Shown: positions 14,198 through 29,500 of the stretch, piece by piece
Position numbering within the stretch: the first letter of the stretch is position 1
Layout: each line of letters begins with the position of its first letter
Source: Raillietiella orientalis
Taxonomy: Eukaryota
Direction of reading: 5' to 3'
Length of the DNA: 64,000 nt
Assembly (NCBI GenBank): GCA_036172245.1
Contig: JAYWIR010000009.1
Location: 4,340,001-4,404,000 of the forward strand
Program-made: the position numbers and the translations under genes
Notes under the pieces: generated by a model
Database searches by the model: none
What the model saw: the letters and a program-made list of their open reading frames with translations, nothing else
What the model was told of the DNA's origin: nothing

Positions 14198-16147
14198 GTT
14201 TGAATGGAATGCATTTCAATTGTATGTGTCAATGCCGTAAATGTTGTGAGCACGATAATGTGCTACATCCATTAGGGGTGTTAATAAATAATTGTGAAGA
14301 ATACCTTATTAGAATCTTAATTTTTGTTAACACGAAAATTACCAACGAAATAAAGGAAAACGTTACACCCTTTGCAACTTGGGGTGTTGTAATTTTGGTT
14401 TTATTGACACTTTTGCTCTAATATCTTAAAACTTTAAAGAAATGACTGAAATTAAAGTATCGAAGGAATGCTTTTATTCATATGCTATTGACCTTTTAGG
14501 TGACTTGTAAATAATTGAGAAAAATAATTATCAGCATCTTTTGAGACTTTGACGTCCGTCTTTTAGCTGTGTTTTTGAGGCTTTCAGCCACAGATGTCAG
14601 CATTGTTGACACACATTTCAGAATTCTTTTATTTACTTTGAACATTTTTAATGCACATACGTGGATTTTTGAATAGCGAGAACTACATACAAATTGATTT
14701 TTAGTGATGTTTCAATAATAACTGCGGGAAAGCTGGTTATATTTATTAATTGCAAAGGAAAAATGTACTGTAATCCAGCAGAAAACTAGGAATGTGTAGC
14801 CTTGTAACCGTCAGCAATAATTGACAGGACATTAAAGTTATAATGCATGTGTAAAAAGACGTCATGACACTTCATATCGTAAGTCTTCAAAAATAATGCC
14901 ATGTTATTCAGCACTCAGGGTGATGAAGTGGGCTATCTCTTCGTCTCTAAAGAGTAGGATAATCAAAGGTAGCGTGCCCGCCAGAATATTTTCTCAATTC
15001 TGGAAAGAATAAATGACACAAATATTTTTTTTGGAAATAAAATATAAACAAAAAGTGCGCTTTCTACAAATAGATATTCACCCAATTTTGCCAACTAAAG
15101 AAACAACTCAAAACTTCTACAAAAATAATTACCTTTATTTTTCCATTATGTATCCTGAATATTTTTGTAAGGGCAATTAAAGGTGTAAACGCTAAAAGAT
15201 GAAAGATGTAATTTTGTTTAATTAAAATTTGAGTTATAAAAGTCACAACATCCTCGGATGCACAAATCAATGGATTAAACTGCAATGATTTCCGCAATAA
15301 GCTGGAAACTAAATGCACAATTAATTCCAAATATAAAAGGGAGTCCTAATAACAAAAATAAATAAAATCAATGCGCTCATGGAAAGTAATGATAATCATA
15401 TGAGGCACTATAACTTTGGACAGAGTATAAGAAAAAACACCTGTATCTGAATCGGATGTTTATGAAAGGCAACAAGATTGTAGGCTCAATATTGCAAATT
15501 TTAAAGTAAATCCTTGCAGCAATGGAAACCGTTATCCTCAATTGAGCATTATATTTGTTTATCCATTAATTAAATGAGTGCAGCTATTACTCGTAATGCT
15601 TACTGATTGTGAACAACTTGAACAAGGCATTGATGATACACTTGCAAGAGCAACTTATCCTACTCAATGTGGTAGACATATTAACAAAAATTTGAATACT
15701 ATGAAGATTGGTTAAAACAATGACAAATTTGAAAGGCAAGAGTTGACCATGGAGCTCCTAATGAAGCTTCTAATGAAGAAAAAGACATAAAATTAATTAA
15801 AAAAATTTTAATTAATCCACATTGCAGATAATTATATCAAAATAAGTTATCAGTGCAGCGCAAAGGCAAAGAAATCGATTAAAGCATAAACCCTTGCATG
15901 GGAAATGATTTGTTGAAATCGCATATATCCTCCAGAGTTTGAAGATTTGAGGATACTTTTAATTATGCAAAACTGGAAGATTACAGTGAAACACATTTAT
16001 TTATAATAGTTTCTCACAGGATTGCTTCCAGTGTTTGTACAGTGATGGCTCTACATCAACAATAAGGCCTTCATAGTGTAATTATACATTACATACAAAA
16101 GTGCTTGCAAAATTTCCTTTAATTTTTATAGAAAGCATAACTTATGA

Positions 16148-19100
16148 TCATAACATTGCGGATGCTGGTAGAGAACTATGCTTTGGTTTTGCTTTGTTGA
16201 GGAATATTTTGATACAGCCATTGAAATCTGCTGTTACAAAAACGTATCCTCCATAAACTTCTAAAGAATTTGCATCTGACTGAATATTTTCCACTCTTGA
16301 ACGTTCACGTTCAATCTGTTTAAAGATAATATCAGGTTTTGGTGCAAACACAGCAGATGTTACAACAGCATTATGTGCTTTGATACCTTCCCAAAAATAA
16401 TTTAAATCTCTTCTAGCTGAGCTTAGTTTAGGATAATCATAGCGAGTTCTCCACAAATAGACACACTGATTCTCTGAACCACTTATGATATATTTACCAT
16501 CATGGCTAGAAATGCATTAGAATATGGTTGTATAGAATCTAAATACCTAAAGCTGGCTTTGATCTGGCTGCTCAAATTCACATACCCACGTCCTTTATAT
16601 TTGCAAACCAGACTCAGATCTCGTTGGTCATAAAGACGAATTCTGCTATCATTTGTCGTGATTAAAATCTACACGTCATTTATCCACAGAAATGTTTAGT
16701 TTTTCTCACCTTCTCTTCTCCTGGCATTGGTTCAATTCCCGTAATTTTGCGTCCTGAGGAATTCTTACCTCTAGTGGAGCGAACATGTATTTGTGTAAAG
16801 TATTTCAGCTGATCTGTTACATAAAAAACACAGCGTCCATCATAGGAGCCCACAACAGTACTTTTTCCATTCTAGAATGTATCCACTTCACTCAATGCTA
16901 ATGCAAACATCTTACCTGACAAAAATTTACAGCTGTTATTAACTTGCTAGGTCCTTCAAGCTCATTCCACAAGACAACTTTTTTATCAGGGATGTTCCAT
17001 AAGCGTAATTTACCATCCAAAGAGCCACTTACAAAATATCGATCATCCTGAGAAAATGCTACAAATTCATGAGCTGTTTAAAATGATTCAATGACTTACT
17101 TTTGGATGAAAGGCAATTGCAGTAACAAAATCAATATGCTGAAAGCAGCATAAACATTCTTTCCTTGATACATGCCATAATCTAACAGTTTTATCCATCG
17201 ATGAAGACAGTACGAAATAATTCTAAAAACAAAAATTGAAACTGAAATCCAGTCACAGAGCATTCATCTTTTCACTTTACATTAACTATTAGACTTCTTG
17301 GCTAATGAATCTATATCTTCCTGACTAATGTCTAATGAATCTATTTATAATCTAAAGTGAACACTCACTTTGCAATCTTATTACTATTAAAAAGACATGT
17401 TTACTCATGAAACTTGATAATTACTTTGGACCAAGATATATCCAGAACATCAGCTGTGTGCCCACTAAATGCACAAAAGGGTTTAGAAACAAATGGAGCA
17501 CGGTAGTCCACATCTGCAGCCAACAAATCATCAAAAGAATGCTGTGACTGGAGGGACTCTTGAGATGGCGTTGGAGATGCCTGCCATCAAAAATATCACG
17601 AAAAATTACTGTAGTTTTTTACCTTAATATCAGCATTGAATCTCTGACGCATATCTTGAAAATAAATAAATGCATCTTTGAGTACCCAAATGCGGAGAAT
17701 AAGATCTTGACCTGCAGTTGCCAGAAGGCGACCACACACAGAAAATTTCATTGTCCAAACAGGACTAACATGATGATCACTCAAATCCTGCACAAACTGC
17801 AAATTATCAAACTCTAGAGGGCCTTTATGATAACTAGAGGCTTTGACTTTGATGTTTTGCCCAAGATCAGCATGGGAAGCTTCATCTGGCATTTCTGATA
17901 TAGCAGCTTCTTCTTTCTGTTTTTGAGAATGTTCTTTGACTTCATGAGCGATTAGCTTAGCTTTTGTAAAGGTTCTTTCTACTGTACGACCAATCAGCTG
18001 ACTAAGTCGATTTCTATAAGAAAAGTTTATATGTTGCACCTAGTCTGACATGCCCATTTTACATTATAAAGAACGAAATTTTACATCAAAACCTTCTATA
18101 AATCTTTCAAAGATGAACCTAATAATCTTTAAAACTTTCAACAAATAGGAAATCATCAAAAATGTAAGAAATCAACAGTTTACTTTTTCGATTTGAGTTT
18201 TCCACCTTCACTTGTTTCACTCTCTAAAGATGATCTTCTCTGCATGCTTGCATATGTTTCAACAGATTCTCCATCTGATTCTTGTTTGCTGAAGAACACA
18301 TATTGGTTTTAAAAGAAACAAAAGAAGAAGAAAAAATGCTTACTTAAGGTATTCTGATGTTATCTTCATTATATGCAAAGAAAGTGGATTGCAATAGGGT
18401 AAATGATCTTCTGCTACACTAAGAGGAATGCGTTCTCCTGTATCTAAATTCAGAATTGTTAGTTGCTCCAAGATTTCCTTGTAAACATACTTAGGTATTA
18501 CAAACCAACATTAAGTAGAATTACCTTATCATCAAGGAGTCTTCCTGAATTTGTTCTAGTTCGAACAACCATATTCAGCTGTGTGGTGACTTCTGAATCT
18601 TCAGATGGAGCTACTTCCTTTACACACTCTTGACTTTCACTAACTGTATCGATGCTTGCAATTTCTTCCTTCCAGAAAAAAAAAAGGCATAGGTTAGAAA
18701 TGGATGAACAATCTACAAAGTTTACAATCAGGTTACATTTCCAACAAAGTAAAACAAACATAAAGCATTTAGAAAACTTCACTTACACTTTAGAAATAAT
18801 ATCCTATATGAATCACACACAAAAACTAAAAGTATTCAAATATTGACACTTTTAAAGGAAAATACTGAAGGCAGCAATAGCTATGTATGCCAATACAAGT
18901 AGTCAAGACACTTGGAAAAACCAATTTTATTTTACCTAAGCACAATTACATTAAGAAAGCCAACTGCAAACAAATAAAGGCCTGAAACATCTTGCAAATA
19001 CACCTCTAACAGTTACAGTTACTGCAAATTTAATGACAAAGGCATCAGCAAGGAGTATCGATTTCAACATTAAATCGAAAACAACTTATCAAAAGTGAAA

Positions 19101-20641
19101 CGTTCTAATTCTTTGATTATAATACTAAAAAAAATGGTGAAATCTTAGGAATGTATAATTGTCAAATCTGGAAACTATTTTAAAACTCTGAATACTGAAA
19201 AACAGGTTCACATTGCTCATTTTGAAATTCCATTGAACATTTTCATTACAGCAAGTGCAATTATAAGGGAAAAGGCCAAAGCTGCCAACGTGAATGGGAT
19301 TTCACATGCTAACAATGACGAGAAAATATTTAATGAACACAAAAACTTGATCTGAAATGCAGAGAATATAAAACAGCTGAACAACTGCTTGCTTTTTGTA
19401 TTGTTTCCCATGTTCTTATTAAACCTTTTAGCCAGTTGTAAAGTTTAAAAACACAACCACAATAGTAAAAACTAAACCATGATAACTCTATATGAATAGA
19501 TAAAATTATCTTACATGCTGATCAATAACTTGTTTGGAAGGCTCAAGGTCTGAAGAAAGTCCAGCATCCTCATATACTGAATCAATCATGATAGATGGAT
19601 TGCTTGTTGTAGGGGCATCTGCAATCCTCATGTCAACTGGACTTAAAGATGCAAACTCTATTACCTATCATTATTACGCATTAATTTGTACCAATAATTT
19701 TAAACTAACGTTGGATGCTTTTTCATGTTTCTTCTTTCTTCTAGGTGGAGGCTTTGGTAATTCATAATTATCACGTTCATCGGGTAGCCGAGTACTAGCA
19801 ATTACGTCAGGCTCTTGGAAAATGCAAGGTGATGTTTTACTTTTTGATTCTGATTCTGGTAAGAAATTAGAAAATTAATATCCATACAGGGTAGACAAAA
19901 CAAAGGTATATTTTCATAACTTAATTTCCATAACAATAGATTCAAAAGCATCACCTATTGCAATTTTTTCAGGTGGAAAGGAATCACAATTCATTACATG
20001 CACCGGATGCACATTATCTACACAAATACTTTCAAGGCATTTACTGGGACCAGAGTCAGATGAGATTTCATGAACATCTTGCTCTTCGATTTCCATATTT
20101 TTTCTTAGCTCTAAAAGTTTTTTCCGTTTCTCATGGTGATTATTTGTGCTTATGGGGTCCCTAGGTTCACTGGTTTTCTGTCAAGGGGCATAAACTTCCG
20201 CAGAATACACTTTTCTGTCATACCTGATCAGCATTTCCTTGCACATGAGCACTGTGGCGTTCATGAGAAGATGAGGCACAGCAACTGACATCAGATTCCG
20301 AACATCTAAACAAAAATGAAATCAATCAGATTCCAATATGTCGGTTTCTTTTCACTGGAGTGGTAATGGATAAATTCAAAATAAACTCGACACATGATTA
20401 ATTATTATTAATTACTGCCACAAAGGCAATATTCCAACAATATAAGCAAATCCCTTCCTCGTGTCTACTGGACAACTCGTGACTATTGCCAATTTTCTGT
20501 CAATCAGATGATTAGATTCACTTTTGCTCGATGACAGCCGATACATGAATGCCTTCCCAACGCGAAACTGCAAAATTGCACTCACAATTCGAAAGATTCC
20601 AATGCATCATAAAATTCCTCAGAACCGGAGGGATCCAACAT
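16148..20641 (-). CDS. WDR44: WD repeat-containing protein 44 (Rab11-binding protein), spliced
   Basis: Exon 1 (20641-20586) encodes [17 protein letters not shown], the EEFYDA motif, and splices in phase to 20305. Later exons encode [84 protein letters not shown] and a terminal [12 protein letters not shown]. Confidence 0.95.
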
Positions 20642-20699
20642 ATTCGGCGAGTATGTTTGGTTCTACAGTGAAGTCCTTGTCATCATCGGGCTACATTTT

Positions 20700-20900
20700 C
20701 CACAAGACTCGTGTTTCCTTCGGTTGCGACCTGCCCGCCACCCCCGCAGGCTCCCGGGCTCGTGTGCTCCTCCTCGCACAACACGACTGCGCGTCACGGG
20801 CGGACCGACCCCTTCCCTCCGTCACTCCGGGATGCAGAGAAGGAGGACGGGAACCGGCCCCAGCCGCCGATCCCACTTGTGGTGGATTCTTGCACGAGGG
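20700..20900. promoter_or_regulatory. GC/CpG-rich patch, likely WDR44 5'UTR/promoter in the divergent WDR44-SREK1 interval
   Basis: Abrupt GC-rich stretch directly upstream of the WDR44 ATG in an AT-rich background. The two ATGs (20641 and 21901) are 1.26 kb apart, head to head. Confidence 0.45.
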
Positions 20901-21900
20901 AAAGCACGACCACTAAAAGTGAAGGGAAACGTCACGTCTGAAGGAAACGGGCAACTTTCACATTTCAGGGAATTTCGATCATTCGAATCACAGTAAAAAA
21001 AAAAATGAAAATACTTAATTGCTGGAGACGATGCAGTTCTCCAATATCACATTTACTGACATGGCCCATCAATGGATTTTTTCGGTTCCGGATTTCCCTT
21101 GTTTTCTTTCTGTGCCTTCAAAGGTCCAATTAGTTTCGTGACTGGTGTTTCCTTTTCACTTTGGGTCTACTGGAAAACCTGCAAGATGCTTTCTTTTCCA
21201 GGTATTCTATATCCCTCAAATTATCTAGCTACAAATAGTTTAAAAGTACTTTTTAATTTATCTTATTTTAAAATCTTTATTATTTTGCTCGAGCTTTTAG
21301 AAATAGACTTTGATGCAGTTAGGTAGGATCAATAAAATTTGAATTTTGTTTTTTGTAGATGCCTAGAAATGGAAAATTATTCAGATGCAATTAGAATTAC
21401 TGCACGATTGTTTTCTCCATTGCATGACCAAAAGTAATATCCATCAAATGTTAAAACGTTAAAGCGGTTTCAGTAATCTCGACATCATGGACCACTAAAT
21501 TAAATGTGATGACTGATTATAACAAGAATACAGTTTGTAGTTGAAATGCAAGACTCACCCCTTACGTATTTTTACATTTATGTTAAGATTAGAGAATTAC
21601 AAAAAAAATTTTTTTAGACAACTTCACAAGTTCAGGTGAAGTCGGCTCAATAGGGAATATGATGTTTAAAGTATTGAAAAATTCGGAATAAATCACGCAA
21701 AAATGTTATACCATTGAAAATTCTTAAAGAATTTCAATCTTTTATTCATATCTGCAACTGCTTTAATGCTTTAATCACAATTTTTCATATTAAAAAGTGT
21801 TGATTCTGTTATTTTTTTTAAACAGCTCTTGGTATTTCTGATTGTAAGTATAGCGGTGTGCATTGGTAGTGGTGCCTTCGGTTGATAAATAGAGAATGCC

Positions 21901-24900
21901 ATGAGTTCTAAAAGCAAAAAAAGGGTAATTCAGGTGACTAATATTGCACCTCAAACGACGAGGGATCAAATGCAAACATTGTTTGGATACATTGGAAGAA
22001 TTGAGGAAATACGTTTGTATCCATCCGTGTAAGAGCATACAAATTTTCATCCTTTCCTTTAAAAACAACGGGCTTATAACTTTGTACATCTATAGAGGAA
22101 CGTGGAATTCCTTATTAGCTATAGCTTTATAACTGTTTTGATGGTAGTCATATGATTTGTAGATTTGGTCTAAAGTTTCTTTGGATTGAGTCTGTTCGCG
22201 CGCTAAGGGAACATTCAAATAAATGCAAAGTTCTCAGTTGTATGGTTGTTTTTGTTTGAAAGAATGATGTAAAAACTTCTTTCAGCACTTTTTATTTATT
22301 TCGCAATTTTTCTTTTCCAACTGATTTCAGAAGTTGTTTTACACGTATGATTAAATGTTTTAGCCGTGATGTTGCCATACCAGTCCAGTCGAGAATTTGC
22401 TACATTAAATATGTTGATCCTTCTTGTGTTGGAGTAGCACAGCATCTTACAAATACCGTATTTATTGACAGAGCTTTAATTGTTACTCCTGTTCAGGATG
22501 GTAAGTATGAAATGGATATAAGTCCATGCTCTTGTGTGCTGTATTTCATAAATGGGGTTTTTAAGTTTCCGTAAGCTTTTTATAGCTCAGAGCATATTAA
22601 ATGTTCTTTTAAATCAATTCAAATGAATTGTGAAACATTTATTACGGAAATGAAGCGAAGCATCGATAATTTGTGTACATTTTCTGCAACTTAGAATGCT
22701 TCTTTACACCACATGTTAAATAGATGTAAATTAAATAAATTAAGAGGCAAAAATAAATTAATCTTGAATTTATACAATATGATTCAATTATTCAATTAAA
22801 CAGTGAGGGTAAGTTCACACTGAAAGCTTTTGATTGTGTATAAGGGATGTGTGTAGGTAGAAAGGTTAGGTGATCTGTCATCTAGAAGAAGGTTAATATT
22901 GGTCCCATGCCATCAACAACAAATTATGCATGTTATAGCTTCAATGCAATTTGAATATTCAGATGAACACTCAAGTTTGGAGTTTTTTATGCTTGCTTCA
23001 GCATCCAATCATATTTTTATTTTTCACTTGTAATACTTTTCCACAATATACTTTAGATGCAGAAAAAGACAAATCAAAGAGAGCTGTATTTCAGACATTC
23101 TAAGATTGTTCACAAAGTAATATTATTTGGTGACATATTGATATGTTTTCTGAAGAAAACAAAAATGAACAAAACCAATAGTTGTTACTGGTGAAATAGT
23201 AAGGTTAAGTACATGATCTACTCAGTAGTGTGCTGCATATTCTCTTCTGGCACATGGCTGTTCCATTCTACTTGTTTTAGTGTTTCATTTGTAGGATTTT
23301 AATTTTTGACCACAGTGTTTCAGCATTCATTTGGTGATGCAAAAATATGAAAGGATGAAAATTTCAATAATTGAACTAGAGGAAACTATATGTTTTCTGA
23401 ACTGGAAACAAATATAAAATTGAATAAAATATGAATATGTAGACAGTAACAATAATTAGTAGATAAGCAAGATAATTCTTAGAGGTTTGTGATGCTTTCA
23501 GTTTGAGTTTTTTTTTTCTCGTAATGCTCGAAAATACATATTTTCTTTTGTATGATGCCCATGTTTTCCTCAGTTTGGTTTGCAATATTTTATAAATGGT
23601 GTCCTTAAATTTATGACTACAGTGCCAGATTGTACAGACATTCCAAGGATGTTTAGTAGATTTTTAATCAGTTATTTCAAAACTTAAATCTTTTGGTGCA
23701 AACCACCCAATAAAATCACAAGGCACATGAAAAGAGGTCCTTGAAAATTTCTATTTTGCAGTGGATGCAAATCATAAGATCAAAGTTTCATTAAGTTTTA
23801 AAGCATGCAGAACAATTGTATGAGCATAATAGCAATAAGTTGCCATGTTTGCAAAGCAGTCTCATTTTCTATCTGAGACAAGATAAATTTCCTGCATGCT
23901 TCTTCTAGCCCCATTTAGTGCATTAGTGCTTGGGTGAACTGAAACCTAGTTTTACTTGTTGATTGAAATTAGAAGCATATTTTTAAAGAATAATATAATC
24001 GGTCTATTGTAGCTGTAGCACCATTTGTTTTGTTTTTTTTTAGTATGGAACTTTTGAAAGGTTCTTTTCTGCATTAGTGTTATTGAATCTTTGTAATGTG
24101 ACAAAATGGGATGAATTGGTTGTACTGATTTGTACATCTCTGGCATTTCTTTTATTCAACTTTATTACACAATAAATCTGCAGTGTAATAACTTTGAGTA
24201 GCTGTATGGTTATTATTACTGATATAAAAACAGTGCACAATTAATGTATGTGTGATCTGCTTGAGTGTGTGGAAAATGTTTCAGGTTAACATCCATGTTG
24301 ATGCTCTTGTATGGAAAACTATGTTCTCAGATTCAGAATTCATTTCCTGGCATGTTTGAAAAATTCAGCATTTAAGTATGGAAACAAACTATTAAGTAAT
24401 AAAATTGAGAAAATATAAAATCCATTAGAAACATAAGTCACTACTTTAAAGTAGTGGAGTGCTAAATGAAAATAATGTTAATTAGAAAATTCATTTTGTA
24501 TGTAATAGTCTTACTATTGGATTTTTGTACTCTGTCAGGTGAAATTCCTGAAGAAGGCAAAGCTTTGAGATTGCAAGCATCGGGTTTATCATGGTTGATG
24601 CCCCCAACAGAACAAAAACTGCCACCACATGTTATATCTCAGGTTTAGTTGTATTGAATTTCCAAACCAGCACTAGTGTTTGATTCTGCAGATCCATGGA
24701 ATAGGTTCAGGAAGAGTAATAGTAACTGTTGATCCTCATATGGAAAGTGCCAGCATCCCTCCATATCCATCGCTTCCTGCAGCTATTGATGCAGTAAGAG
24801 TAGAAGAAATTCGAAGAACTGTGTTAGTTACCAATCTTAATGCAGAGGTATATATTTGAATTACTTGCTTATGTTGATTAAATTATTGTACTATCCTCTA

Positions 24901-26556
24901 CCGCAGACTACAGCCCAAAAAGTTCTTGATCATTTCAGTATTGCAGGAGAAGTGAAATATGTCATGATGTGCACTCGTAATGATGTGGAAGAAGGAAGGG
25001 CAGCACTCATTGAATTCACATCACAGCCCTCAGTAATTAGCGCTTTTAAATTACATGGAACACAATTAGATGGCAACATGATTGAGTATGTCAAGTTGTC
25101 TGCACCAAAATTCTCAACAAATTTTGACTTAGAATACATCATGCTACTGAGGCAATAGAAAAACCCCATGCTAAAACCAATGAAGCTGCGCAGAAAGAAA
25201 TTGATGAAGCAATGAAAAGGGTCCGAGAGGCCCAAAACATGATCTCTGCTAGCATTGATCCTGGAGAAATTCTACTAAATCTTCCTAAAGGTATTTGATT
25301 TTGATTCTCCATGGCATTGGAATCACTTGTATAATTTGTATTACAGTATTGGGATTACTGGATAAAAAGAGAAGTCGAAGTCGTTCGAGATCTAGGAGAA
25401 CACGTTCTAAATCACGGAGAAGATCACATTCCAGATCCAGGCGAAGATCTCGATCCAAGTCAAGGCGACGCTCACATTCTGAATCAAGATCGAGAAGCAG
25501 ACGATCTCGATCTCGAAAAAGAACACATTCAAGAGCTAGATCCAGGAAGCGATCACAGTCACGGTCAAAAACCGTTAAGAAACGAAGCTACTCTCGCAGT
25601 AGGAGTAAAACCCATCATTCTCGTAGTAGGGATAGGAAAAAATCTCGCTCAAAATCAAAGTCACGCCTGAGATATTCTCGTTCGAAGTCCAAAGGCAAGA
25701 ATTCCAAAGAAGAAGAAAAAAAGAAAAATCAAAAAGAAGTTAAAGTGAGTATATTGATAATTTCTTGACTTAAACATTTGCATTTAGAGCACCAAAACAA
25801 AAGAACCCAGTAAAACAGAAAAGGAAAAATCATTATTGCAACAAGTTACGAAAACTACAAATGATTTTAAGGAGTTAAAAAATGATAAAACTGATAAGAC
25901 AACGAACAAATCTCCCAAGAATAGTCATATATCCTCACGCTCCTTGCAAAAGGAAGACTCTCAAAAGAGAAGTCATAGTTCAAGAAGAAGTCGTAGTAGA
26001 TCGCGTTCCTTTCGCTCTTCTAGGAGAAAGTCTCCTAGGGAACTCAGTAATCATTCTAAAAGCAGGTATGTTCACTTATATCGTTAATCCAGAACGTTGT
26101 TTCTTCAGAAAGGAAAAAAGAAAAGAGAGAGGTAGAAGCAAAGAGAAGGATAAGAAAAAAGCCAAAAAAGAAAAGGATAGGAACCGTGACAGGAAAGACA
26201 AAATAAAAGAAAAATCTCGTGAGAAAGAGAAGGAACAAACCAAAACTCATCCTAAAAGGGAAAGCAAGATCCCTAGCATATCGGAAGCATTGAGAAATTG
26301 TGAATCAGGTGATGATGAATTGGCACATTCAAAGAAGAATTCTGTGATATTTGGAGAAAGTGACAAAGAAGCTGAAAATGTGCAAGGTTCTCCCAACAGT
26401 GTGTTGAAATCACACAGTCCTAAAAGTAGTTTGGAATCTGCAGAAGAGAAGGAAGCTGAAGCAAACAAATGTACAAGATATGCAGATGAGAGCAGTGAAA
26501 ATGAGTCTAATGACAATAGCGAGCCAGGAAATGATGATATGGATATCTCAGATTAA
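21901..26556 (+). CDS. SREK1: SR splicing factor, SREK1/SRSF11 (Srp54) family, with 2 RRMs and an RS domain (spliced)
   Basis: Exons 21901-22028, 22364-22500, 24539-24642, 24692-24847, 24907-25085, 25133-25290, 25347-25744, 25787-26065, 26109-26556. Motifs: VIQVTNIAPQTTRDQMQTLFG, VAQHLTNTVFIDRALIV, VEEIRRTV, KEIDEAMKRVREAQNMI, followed by a long RS tract and an E/K-rich tail. Confidence 0.93.
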
Positions 26557-29500
26557 GGATTTATTTAAATAAAGCACACTAAGAAAGCCAAGGTGGGCTT
26601 ATGTAAAGTTGTTTTGCAGATGCTCCAGCAGCATATAACTGCAAGATATCAATATATTTTTCTGGAAAAATGCCAAAGTCAGTTAGCATATGAATGCTTC
26701 CTTTCTCATTACCATGATCTCTGAATTTTTAGAATTTAATAACACCAGAAAGAACACAAAATCCATCCTCTAATGTAATAATGAAGGATCACGCTTAACT
26801 TTGGAAACACAAAAAGTAAAAAAACAAATCTTGAAAACAGATGTAGATGCAGTAATCACAAACATTTTGAATTATCAGTAATTTTATGGTGCAACAACGA
26901 TTTATAAGCACTTAATTTTGCAAACTTCAAAAAAAATATTTTGCCCATCTTGACCTGTTACACTGACTCAACATAACCACTTCAAAAAATAAAGTATACC
27001 TTCGGAGAAAATTTAAAGCTGTGGGTATCAGTTGCGGCATAACATGAATCCAAAAGGATGAAAACGAGAAATGTGTCGAGTAGTACTACAGACTTATTTT
27101 ATTTATTAAAAATAAAAGATGTATGTTTACTAAAGCAAGCTTCATTCCAACCAAAATGAGGCCACATTATGGTGATATCAAAATGATTGATAGTAAAGGT
27201 CTAACAGCATTGCTGATAACAAAATTAAATGCTTTTGACAGTAAAAGACAATAAAATGAAAAATAGGTACATAAGACAATAAAAAAGATTTCAAGCCAGT
27301 GAGGATCCTAGGTGCAACATTATAGAATACCATTTGCCAGAGTCGTAATAGTGCCAAGGAAGTCATTATGCTGAGGTCATGAATAGATGTGACTGGGGTA
27401 GGCAATATGGAAGTGTACAAGGCAGATGAGAAGCAGCTCAAAGATTAGAAAAAACGCAAGAAAATGCATTACTTAAAGTGTTCATGCAATTGCAGATACG
27501 ATCAAAAGACATCAAGCAAAAAAAGCAATGTTAAATCATCAATAAAGGTGCTTCAAGATGGGAAACAACAGCAGGTTGCATTTTATAGTGTTATAAAGCA
27601 ATACATAGAAAGAATTTCCAAGATAAGAACTTATTTATACGATGCAATCTTGCAAGACTTGAATCTTCATGATTAGGCAAGTTGTAACCAGTGCTGCTTA
27701 CACATTAAATTAAAGGTGCAGTCATGCTGGTTTACATACGTATTGTGCTGCTAAAGGAGCTGCAGTTCGATTTTTGTAGCGAGAATTGGCCAAATTCAAC
27801 CAGATTCACAAAATAGTGTTGGAACACTGTAAAATGTATTGGTCACAAAACAGTGCACAAACAAGAAGAAAAACTAAAGTGGAAGAACACATGTTGAAGA
27901 TGGTTCATGCCATCCAACAAATTCAGCAATGATAACCAATGCCTATCAAGCTAATGCTCTTGCTTTAGAAAACAGGCTTTTCTTGATGAAGTCAGACTAC
28001 CAGATTTAGGGGCACCAGCAGAAAACAGACGATATTGATTGTTAAATAGAAATGTTCTTCTAAGCTGGTGTGAAAAGGATTTAGTGAATTGATTCCTAAA
28101 TGGCTTTAGGAAACTTGTGAAATCCATAAGTTTGGAAAAGCAAGCAGACTGCTAGCAAATTGTACAAATGCTTTTAAGAACTTCTTTCAGAACTTTGTTT
28201 TTGATTATGTAAAGAATCTGCCTAGAGATTTTCATTTCAAGCACATTTCTGATGTAAGGCAATTTTCTTTCAGTTTCTTGTTACATAGCAACTTTGTTAA
28301 GACTTGTGACGAATTCAATGCTTACTTTGATACACCACAGCCATATTTACATTACTATAAATATCTAGGAAGTAAAAGGAAACTACCGATTTTGAATGAT
28401 TGATTACTTTAAAGTATTATTATTATTTTATTATTTCTTTTCAAACTGCATTAAATATCAACTAAACTGGGCATCACAAGGTAGTGCTGGCCTCCAAGTC
28501 ACTGGCTTCTATGCTAAACCTCTAAATAATGTGCTTCAAAATGCAATTGTGACTACATTTACAAAAACCTCATGAAATGAAAGTACTTCCTTGAAAATAC
28601 AGTCTTCTTTGCAGCATACCAATTCAACTTTGATTGTTTAGAGAAGCTGCAATTTACACAGCAATACTAAGGATACATAAATGATTCCACAGCATCTGCA
28701 TTTTTAATACATCTTTCGAAAACACTACCATAAGACATAACCTCTGACAACTCATCTATTGCACCACTTTAAATATTCAATACTTTAAATAAATCTTGCA
28801 ATATACCATTTATTAGTAAGTGTAATCATGAAATGAAAACTACTTTTTTCTAAGTTTTCTTAAAACTCATTGCAAGAAGAGTATAGTATTACAACAAAGA
28901 TGCTTGGTACTCTTCATGTTTTGATCCTCTGATATAGCATGAACCAGCAACAATTAGTGAAACTGCAATCATATACTCATATTCACTTCACAGCATTCTA
29001 CCAATGTTGTATTTTCTCAAAAAGTGCATACTGGACTACAAAAGACTGTTCTTTAGAAACACAAAGTGCATTACACACTTAGGAATTAATGCTCCTATGC
29101 AACTCTTTGATGAACTTCATTGGGCAACTTCAATTGAAAAAATAATTTACCTGAAATTGGATATTTCAATGTAACATATCCAAGAATGAGCACATTCAAA
29201 TCTACATAACTATATAATGTTGATACAAAACAATCCTTATACAAAATAAAATATAGCTTTCACAGTGCTTGACAGAAAGGAAATTTAGAATGAAGACTAA
29301 CTCTCAACTCAAATATGCAAAAAGTTCAATTACCAAGGTTACAAATTTAATCTCCAAACAGATCATATTTCCTTATCTCTCTTTTCTATCAAAAAACTAA
29401 TGTCAGTTAAAAAAACAACTTCTACCATTGAAATATTACATAGCAATCAATCCTGAGATATGCATATTTTAAAAAACAAAATAATCCATTCTCAATCCAA

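Noticed and set aside
14200..15760. Splice-like signals and short ORFs downstream of WDR44
   Set aside because: Stops in all frames tried; no recognisable protein.
25355..25700. Repetitive AGATC/TCGATC pattern resembling a repeat array
   Set aside because: Explained by the RS-domain codons of SREK1; not CRISPR or satellite.
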